Source of the DNA: a virus
Direction: 5' to 3' (one strand)
Length of the DNA: 6,322 bases
IMG/VR virus record: IMGVR_UViG_3300045988_004451
Location: 1-6,322 of that record
Positions 1 through 4,531 of this stretch are shown one piece after another. Under the pieces are notes generated by a model. That model had not been told where the DNA came from, did no database searches, and worked only from the letters and a program-made list of their open reading frames with translations. The stretch's first letter is position 1, and every line of letters begins with the position of its first letter. A program made the translations under genes and the position numbers.

Positions 1-77
1 ATGGCTTCTTACACTGGAATGTCCAATCTCCAGAACCACCCTCACCGTTCTGGATTTGATATTGGACGTAAAAATGC
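1..77. repeat. Terminal redundancy, left copy, identical to 6246..6322. It marks a circular genome with a 6245-nt unit.
   Basis: By direct comparison, the 77 nt atggcttcttacactggaatgtcc...ggacgtaaaaatgc at 1..77 are identical to 6246..6322. Confidence 0.97.
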
Positions 78-1868
78 TTTTACTGCTAAAGTTGGTGAGC
101 TTCTCCCTGTCTATTGGGATATTTCTATGCCAGGTGATAAGTATAAGTTTAATGTTGAGTATTTTACTCGTACCCAGCCCGTTGAAACTTCTGCTTATAC
201 CCGGTTGCGAGAGTATTTTGATTTCTATGCTGTTCCGTTGCGTCTTCTTTGGAAGTCTGCTCCTTCTGTGTTGACACAAATGCAGGACATCAATCAGATT
301 CAAGCTTTGTCTCTTACACAAAATTTGTCTCTGGGTACTTATCTCCCCTCTTTGCCTCTTAATGTTTGTATTTTCTGAGTACTGTTATTCAGCGTCTTAA
401 TGGAGGTTCTACCGATCCTAGTTCTTCATCTTCTTTGAAAAATCTTTTTGGTTTTTCTCGTTCAGATTTGTCTTTTAAGCTTTTGAATTATCTTGGTTAC
501 GGTAATTTTTTAAATTTTACTCCGTCTTCGGGCTCTCGTTGGTTTTCTACTTCTTTGAAAAATGATGATGATGCTTCTGACTATACTCAGCAATATATTC
601 AGAATAACTATGTGAATCTTTTCCCTCTTTTGGCTTATCAAAAGATTTATCAGGATTTTTTCCGTTGGTCTCAATGGGAGAATTCAAATCCTTCTTCTTA
701 TAATGTGGATTATTATTCCGGAATTTCGCCGTTGTTGTTATCCTCTATTCCTGAGGGTTCTAATGATTATTGGAAATCTGATACAATGTTTGACCTTAAA
801 TATTGTAACTGGAACAAGGATATGTTGATGGGTGTTCTTCCGAATTCTCAGTTTGGCGATGTTGCTGTGATTGATATTTCGAGTTCTGACGGTCCTATTC
901 CTAATTCTGTAGTATTAAAAGCTCCAAAAGGTAATGCTTCTTCTGAGGTTGTTACTACGGCTTCTTATAATGCTCCTCTTACTCCGTTATCTTTTGCTGC
1001 AAATTCTGCTTCTTCAACTAATGTTATTCCCAGTGGTTCTACTCTTCAAGTTAATCTTTCTAATTTGCAGAGTCAATTTACTGTACTTGCTCTTCGTCAA
1101 GCAGAAGCGCTCCAACGTTGGAAGGAAATCAGTCAGTCCGGTGATTCTGATTATCGTGAACAAATTCGTAAACATTTTGGCGTGAACTTGCCTCAAGCTC
1201 TCTCTAATATGTGCACCTATATCGGTGGTATTTCCCGTAATCTTGATATCAGTGAGGTTGTAAATAATAACCTTGCTTCTGAAAATAATGCTGCTGTTAT
1301 TGCTGGTAAAGGTGTCGGCACTGGTAATGGTTCATTTACTTACACAACTAACGAGCATTGTGTCGTTATGTGTATTTATCATGCCGTTCCTTTGCTTGAC
1401 TATACGATTACCGGACAAGACGGTCAGTTACTTGTAACTGATGCTGAGTCCCTCCCGATTCCGGAGTTTGATAATATTGGTATGGAAGTTCTTCCTATGA
1501 CACAGATTTTTAACTCTTCGCTTGCTACTGCTTTCAATTTGTTTAACGCTGGATATAATCCTCGCTATTTTAATTGGAAAACCAAGCTTGATGTTATCAA
1601 CGGTGCGTTCACTACTACTCTCAAGTCTTGGGTTTCTCCTGTTACTGAATCTTTGCTTTCTGGTTGGGCTCGCTTTGGTGGTTCTACTCCTGATTCAACG
1701 ACTAAGGTTGCTTTGAATTATAAGTTCTTCAAGGTTAGCCCCTCTGTTCTTGACCCTATTTTCGGTGTTAATGCTGATTCTACTTGGGACACTGACCAAC
1801 TTTTGATAAACTCTTATATTGGTTGCTATGTTGCCCGTAATTTGTCTCGTGACGGTGTACCTTACTAA
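1..1868 (+). CDS. VP1: Major capsid protein VP1 (phiX174 F-like jelly-roll). It is split across two frames, frame 1 at 1..378 and frame 3 at 363/366..1868, and needs a -1 shift or a 1-nt correction at about 363..375.
   Basis: The N-terminal 125 aa (SGFDIGRKNAFTAKVGELLPVYWDISMPGDKYKF..FTRTQPVETSAYTRLREYFDFYAVPLRLLW) is the conserved Microviridae VP1 N-terminal block as I recall it. The 500-aa continuation gives a combined length of about 620 aa, typical for Alpavirinae-like VP1. T-ending codon bias is strong in both segments. The frames overlap only between the frame-3 TAA at 360-362 and the frame-1 TGA at 376-378. Confidence 0.9.
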
Positions 1869-1882
1869 ACCTTGTTTTAATT

Positions 1883-2365
1883 ATGATTGGAAAATTTAAT
1901 AATTTGAATAGTTTGGAACAAGGTTCCGGACTTATTCCCAATGTTGGGCCGGATGCTTTTGCAGTTGCTTCCGAGTTTGATTCTACTGAGGAACTTCGTG
2001 TTGAAATCGATGAGTCTGATGAAACTCGTCCGGTTCGTTATACTTCTGATGTTCGTTTGATTCTTCATACCAAGGACTTGGCTTCCCGTGCTGGTCTTAC
2101 TATTGCTTCTAAGTTTGGTCAAAGTAAACAGACCGTTTCTCAGATTCAACAGCTTATGGATTTAATGTCTGATAATGACCTTTTATCTACGGTTCGTTCT
2201 CGGTATGTCCAGTCTCCCTCTGAAGTTATTGCTTGGTCAAAAGAGCTTATTGCTCGTGCTGAAGCTCTTAATCGTGAAGCTCAATTTTTGGTTGATGCTG
2301 AAACTGCTAAACAAGAAGCAGAAAAAGCGGCTGCTGCTTCCGCTGATACTGCTTCCTCTGAGTAA
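1883..2365 (+). CDS. Hypothetical 160-aa acidic protein, possibly an internal scaffolding protein (VP3-like) given its position and composition.
   Basis: ATG at 1883 and TAA at 2363-2365. It shares the T-ending codon bias of the structural genes. The C-terminal part is acidic and Ala-rich and looks helical (AEALNREAQFLVDAETAKQEAEKAAAASADTASSE). It lies between VP1 and VP2, and its stop overlaps the VP2 start (TAATG). I recognise no family motif. Confidence 0.7.
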   Translation: MIGKFNNLNSLEQGSGLIPNVGPDAFAVASEFDSTEELRVEIDESDETRPVRYTSDVRLILHTKDLASRAGLTIASKFGQSKQTVSQIQQLMDLMSDNDLLSTVRSRYVQSPSEVIAWSKELIARAEALNREAQFLVDAETAKQEAEKAAAASADTASSE

Positions 2366-3501
2366 TGGGTCTTCTTGGTTCAATCGCTGGTGGTCTCCTT
2401 GGTGTTGGTTCTTCTGCGATTCAAAATTCGCAGAATAGACAGAATGTCCGGGAGACCAATCAGATGAATTATAAGATAAATCAGATGAATAACCAGTTTA
2501 ACGAGCGTATGGCAATGCAGCAGCGCGATTTCCAGGAAAATATGTGGAATAAGGAGAATGAGTATAATACTGCCTCCGCGCAACGCCAACGCCTCGAAGA
2601 AGCTGGTTTAAACCCTTATCTGATGATGAATGGTGGTTCTGCTGGTACTGCTCAATCTGTTGGTTCTGGTGCTTCTGCTCAATCTGCAGGTTCTGCTGTT
2701 ATGCAACCTTTTCAGGCTGATTACTCAGGCATTGGTTCTTCTATTGGTAATATTTTTCAATATGAGCTTATGCAATCTGAAAAGTCTCAATTGCAAGGTG
2801 CCAGGCAGCTTGCCGATGCCAAGGCTATGGAAGTCCTTTCTAATATTGATTGGGGTAAACTTTCTGACGAAACTCGTAATTTTTTGAAATCTACCGGCTT
2901 GGCACGTGCCCAGCTTGGTTATGCCAAGGAGCAACAGGAAGTTGACAATATGGCAATGACTGGTCTTGTTATGCGTGCTCAGCGTTCTGGTATGCTTCTT
3001 GATAATGAGGCTAAAGGCATTATGAACCAGTATCTTGACCAACAACAGCAATTAGATTTAAATGTTAAGGCTGCGGACTACTATCAGCGTATGTCAGCTG
3101 GTTATCTATCTTATGCTGAAGCTAAAAAAGCTTTAGCTGAGGAAGCTTTGGCTGCTGCTCGTACTCGTGGTCAGAATATTTCTAATAAGGTTGCGGACCG
3201 TATTGCTGAATCTCAAATTGCTGCTAATATTGCAGCTAATGAGTCTGCCGCTGCTTATCATAATGAGGAGCTTAGATTGGGTCTTCCTCAAGATAATGCT
3301 CGTAGTAAGAATATTGAAGAATGGTATCGCGCTAGGAATGAGAAGAAAAGGTATCAGTATTTTGATGCTGATAAATGGGTTGATTATGGAACTAGTATTG
3401 GTAATACTATAGGTAATTTCTTACCTCGTAGAGTCTTTTCCAAATCTTTTTCTCGTTCTATTAATAGTAATACTAATTCTAATTATAATTATAGTCATTA
3501 G
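2365..3501 (+). CDS. VP2: VP2 minor capsid / DNA pilot protein (phiX174 H analogue).
   Basis: It has a Gly-rich hydrophobic N-terminus (MGLLGSIAGGLLGVGSSAI). It carries the block NMWNKENEYNTASAQRQRLEEAGLNPYLMM, which I recall as characteristic of gokusho/alpavirus VP2. The central part is long, Ala/Gln-rich and looks helical, and the protein is 378 aa. ATG at 2365 and TAG at 3499-3501. Confidence 0.85.
   Translation: MGLLGSIAGGLLGVGSSAIQNSQNRQNVRETNQMNYKINQMNNQFNERMAMQQRDFQENMWNKENEYNTASAQRQRLEEAGLNPYLMMNGGSAGTAQSVGSGASAQSAGSAVMQPFQADYSGIGSSIGNIFQYELMQSEKSQLQGARQLADAKAMEVLSNIDWGKLSDETRNFLKSTGLARAQLGYAKEQQEVDNMAMTGLVMRAQRSGMLLDNEAKGIMNQYLDQQQQLDLNVKAADYYQRMSAGYLSYAEAKKALAEEALAAARTRGQNISNKVADRIAESQIAANIAANESAAAYHNEELRLGLPQDNARSKNIEEWYRARNEKKRYQYFDADKWVDYGTSIGNTIGNFLPRRVFSKSFSRSINSNTNSNYNYSH
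2650..2703 (+). repeat. Imperfect in-frame 27-nt tandem duplication inside VP2 (AQSVGSGAS / AQSAGSAVM).
   Basis: gctcaatctgttggttctggtgcttct (2650..2676) compared with gctcaatctgcaggttctgctgttatg (2677..2703). The first 10 nt and the ggttctg core are identical, about 20/27 matches by hand alignment. The units start on codon boundaries. Confidence 0.6.
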
Positions 3502-3521
3502 TATTTTTTTATATTACATTT

Positions 3522-3552
3522 ACCCGGCCGTAGTGATACGTGTCGGGTTTTT
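3522..3552 (+). terminator. Rho-independent terminator downstream of VP2.
   Basis: ACCCGGCCGTA-GTGA-TACG(T)GTCGGGT forms an 11-bp stem with one G:U pair and one bulged T at 3541. The loop is a GNRA-type GUGA tetraloop (3533-3536). A TTTTT run follows at 3548-3552. The element begins 21 nt after the VP2 stop. Confidence 0.75.
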
Positions 3553-3573
3553 GTGTTTGGAGTAACTTCTGGC

Positions 3574-3643
3574 AACCGCGCGAAGCGTGGTTATACACCT
3601 ACTGAATTTCGGGACGTTAGGACTGAAATCAGAGCCGAAGGCT
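3574..3643 (+). promoter_or_regulatory. Three adjacent hairpins on the virion strand: 3574..3592 (containing GCGAAGC), 3602..3632, and 3633..3643 (AGCC-GAA-GGCT). Candidate single-strand initiation site or complementary-strand origin.
   Basis: Hand-folded pairings. AACCGCGC/GCGTGGTT gives 8 bp with one G:T around a GAA loop (3582-3584). CTGA(A)TTTCGG/CTGAAATCAG gives about 10 bp with one bulge. AGCC/GGCT gives 4 bp around GAA (3637-3639). No ORF is present on either strand, and the composition is more GC-rich than the coding regions. Confidence 0.5.
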
Positions 3644-3744
3644 ATAGTACTGCCTTCCTAAAAGCTTGATGTTTGCAACGCGTAAGCAGTCTCCCGGAAA
3701 TCTTTTCTCTTCCATCGCCGCTATACCCCTAAAAATATTATTTT

Positions 3745-3774
3745 GACGAAGTCTACATGAGTTTGCCCGAAGGG
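3745..3774 (+). promoter_or_regulatory. Two more C-GAA-G mini-hairpins: GAC-GAA-GTC (3745..3753) and CCC-GAA-GGG (3766..3774).
   Basis: Read directly from the sequence. Each has a 3-bp stem closing a GAA triloop with a C:G closing pair, the same architecture as at 3580-3586 and 3635-3641. Confidence 0.45.
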
Positions 3775-3798
3775 AAAGCGATTTACCTCATCGCTTTC
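3774..3798 (+). promoter_or_regulatory. Perfect 9-bp stem with a 7-nt loop: GAAAGCGAT-ttacctc-ATCGCTTTC. Function unknown; it could be an origin or Rep-recognition element or an RNA structure.
   Basis: GAAAGCGAT (3774-3782) is the exact reverse complement of ATCGCTTTC (3790-3798). No T-run follows, so it is not a canonical terminator. Confidence 0.5.
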
Positions 3799-3886
3799 AG
3801 TACCTTCTTGTCTTATATACGCAAACTCACAGACCCGCCTACAACTCCTTCAGCCTTCATTTTTTGTGTTAAAAGGTGTTTATATA

Positions 3887-3919
3887 TTTGTTCTTTTCAA
3901 ATTCTTATTTATACTTTTG
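3887..3919 (+). promoter_or_regulatory. Candidate Bacteroidota-type promoter, with a -33 TTTG and a -7 TAnnTTTG.
   Basis: TTTG at 3887-3890, a 21-nt spacer, then TACTTTTG at 3912-3919 fits the reported Bacteroides consensus TTTG-N19-21-TAnnTTTG. It lies about 45 nt upstream of the first ORF after the noncoding region (ATG 3964). Caveat: the region is T-rich, so chance matches are likely. A second TAnnTTTG (TATATTTG, 3883-3890) has a poorly spaced -33. Confidence 0.3.
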
Positions 3920-3963
3920 CCATGTTTTTAAAAAATCAATGTCTAATTAAAATTTTAAATGTT

Positions 3964-4140
3964 ATGGAAAAGTTTTATTTGTGTTCTATTCAATCTAAAA
4001 AAAATCCTGGTCAGAATGAAACTGTTCTTGTTCCGGTTGATGAAGTTTCTGTTTTTGTCTCTTCGGTCCTTAACTCGGATTGCTTACTCATTTTTTCTGA
4101 TTGTTCAACTTTTAATTCGAAATCCAACAATGAAAAGTGA
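3964..4140 (+). CDS. Hypothetical 58-aa protein.
   Basis: ATG at 3964 and TGA at 4138-4140. T-ending codon bias matches the other genes (ttt tat ttg tgt tct att ... gtt ctt gtt ccg gtt gat). The overlapping hydrophobic +1-frame ORF (3959..) behaves like the usual T-in-middle shadow frame, which supports this frame as the real one. No motif recognised. Confidence 0.5.
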   Translation: MEKFYLCSIQSKKNPGQNETVLVPVDEVSVFVSSVLNSDCLLIFSDCSTFNSKSNNEK

Positions 4141-4219
4141 AACTAAATCTAAAATTTGGTCTGCAATTATTGCAGCTGCTGTTAGTCTTCTTACGTCTAT
4201 TGCTCAAATATTTTCGTAA
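4130..4219 (+). CDS. 29-aa single-pass membrane peptide (MKSETKSKIWSAIIAAAVSLLTSIAQIFS). Candidate holin-like or lysis accessory peptide.
   Basis: ATG at 4130 and TAA at 4217-4219. The N-terminus is charged and followed by one hydrophobic segment of about 20 residues. T-ending codons are used. It overlaps the end of the upstream ORF by 11 nt and ends 3 nt before the peptidase ATG. Confidence 0.5.
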   Translation: MKSETKSKIWSAIIAAAVSLLTSIAQIFS

Positions 4220-4222
4220 GTC

Positions 4223-4531
4223 ATGAATCCCACATTAATGAAATTCATTGCATGGCTTCTGTTTCGGAATGTTCATTTCACCGTTACTTCCGCTCTTCGT
4301 ACTAAGGAACAAAACGATGCCTGTAAAGGGTCTCCTAATTCGCAGCATTTGACTGGTGATGCTATTGACTTGAAGCCTGTCGGTCTTTCTGTTGATGATT
4401 TTATTTCGCTGGTTAAGAGTTCTCCTTTTTCCTTTGACCAGTTAATAAAATATCGCACGTTTGTTCATGTTTCTTTTGCGCGTGTTCGTAGACCTCGCCA
4501 AATGGAATTAGATTTTACTAATAGAAAATGA
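4223..4531 (+). CDS. Zinc D-Ala-D-Ala carboxypeptidase-like / Peptidase_M15 (LAS superfamily) cell-wall hydrolase, a putative endolysin.
   Basis: SQHLTGDAID (nt 4340-4369) fits the M15_3/VanY-type S-x-H-x-x-G-x-A-x-D zinc-binding motif. FVHVS (His codon 4466-4468) supplies the third ligand, as in the family's vHvd block. An upstream VTSALRT..N block lies where the family has SgyR...N. The protein is 102 aa with no signal peptide. Its TGA overlaps the VP4 ATG (ATGA at 4528-4531). Confidence 0.8.
   Translation: MNPTLMKFIAWLLFRNVHFTVTSALRTKEQNDACKGSPNSQHLTGDAIDLKPVGLSVDDFISLVKSSPFSFDQLIKYRTFVHVSFARVRRPRQMELDFTNRK

Noticed and set aside
376-378. Reading the VP1 TGA at 376-378 as a sense codon (alternative genetic code or readthrough).
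   Set aside because: The capsid sequence continues in a different frame, not in frame 1, where no long ORF follows. TGA is also used as the genuine stop of the peptidase and VP4 genes.
1242-1249. CTTGATAT matches the core of the phiX174 plus-strand origin (CAACTTGATATTAATAAC). A CTTGATG variant occurs at 3665..3671.
   Set aside because: It is only an 8-nt match with no similarity in the flanks. This Rep is very distant from phiX174 A, so there is no reason to expect the same nick sequence. The matches are recorded only as places to test in a nicking assay.
1584-1595. Exact 12-mer AAGCTTGATGTT shared between VP1 (1584..1595) and the noncoding region (3662..3673).
   Set aside because: About one exact 12-mer pair is expected by chance in a 6.2-kb sequence, more in a biased one. 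There is no extended similarity on either side.
3560-3660. Possible tRNA or tRNA-like element among the hairpins.
   Set aside because: There is no GTTCGAATC-type T-loop and no 7-bp acceptor stem pairing the ends. The stem and loop sizes (3-nt loops) do not fit a cloverleaf.
3947-3958. A perfect 12-bp palindrome, TTAAAATTTTAA, just upstream of the 3964 start. I also looked in the noncoding region for a dif-like XerC/D site, as expected if this is a temperate Bacteroidota microvirus.
   Set aside because: A pure A/T palindrome in an AT-rich stretch carries little information. I could not recognise an 11-6-11 dif-like architecture by eye, and a proper search against host dif consensus sequences is needed.
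3757-3963. N-terminal extension of the 3964..4140 ORF to the ATG at 3757, giving a 127-aa protein.
   Set aside because: The extension runs through the CCC-GAA-GGG and 9-bp hairpins and through the candidate promoter. It also uses C-ending codons (tac ctc atc ttc acc) unlike the rest of the genome. The T-ending codon signal only begins near 3964.
1014-4458. Minus-strand ORFs at 1014..1196, 1877..2149, 2380..2589, 2725..3051 and 4273..4458.
   Set aside because: They are short, lie antisense to well-supported genes, and have odd low-complexity, basic compositions. Microviridae transcribe only one strand, and nothing in them resembles a known family.
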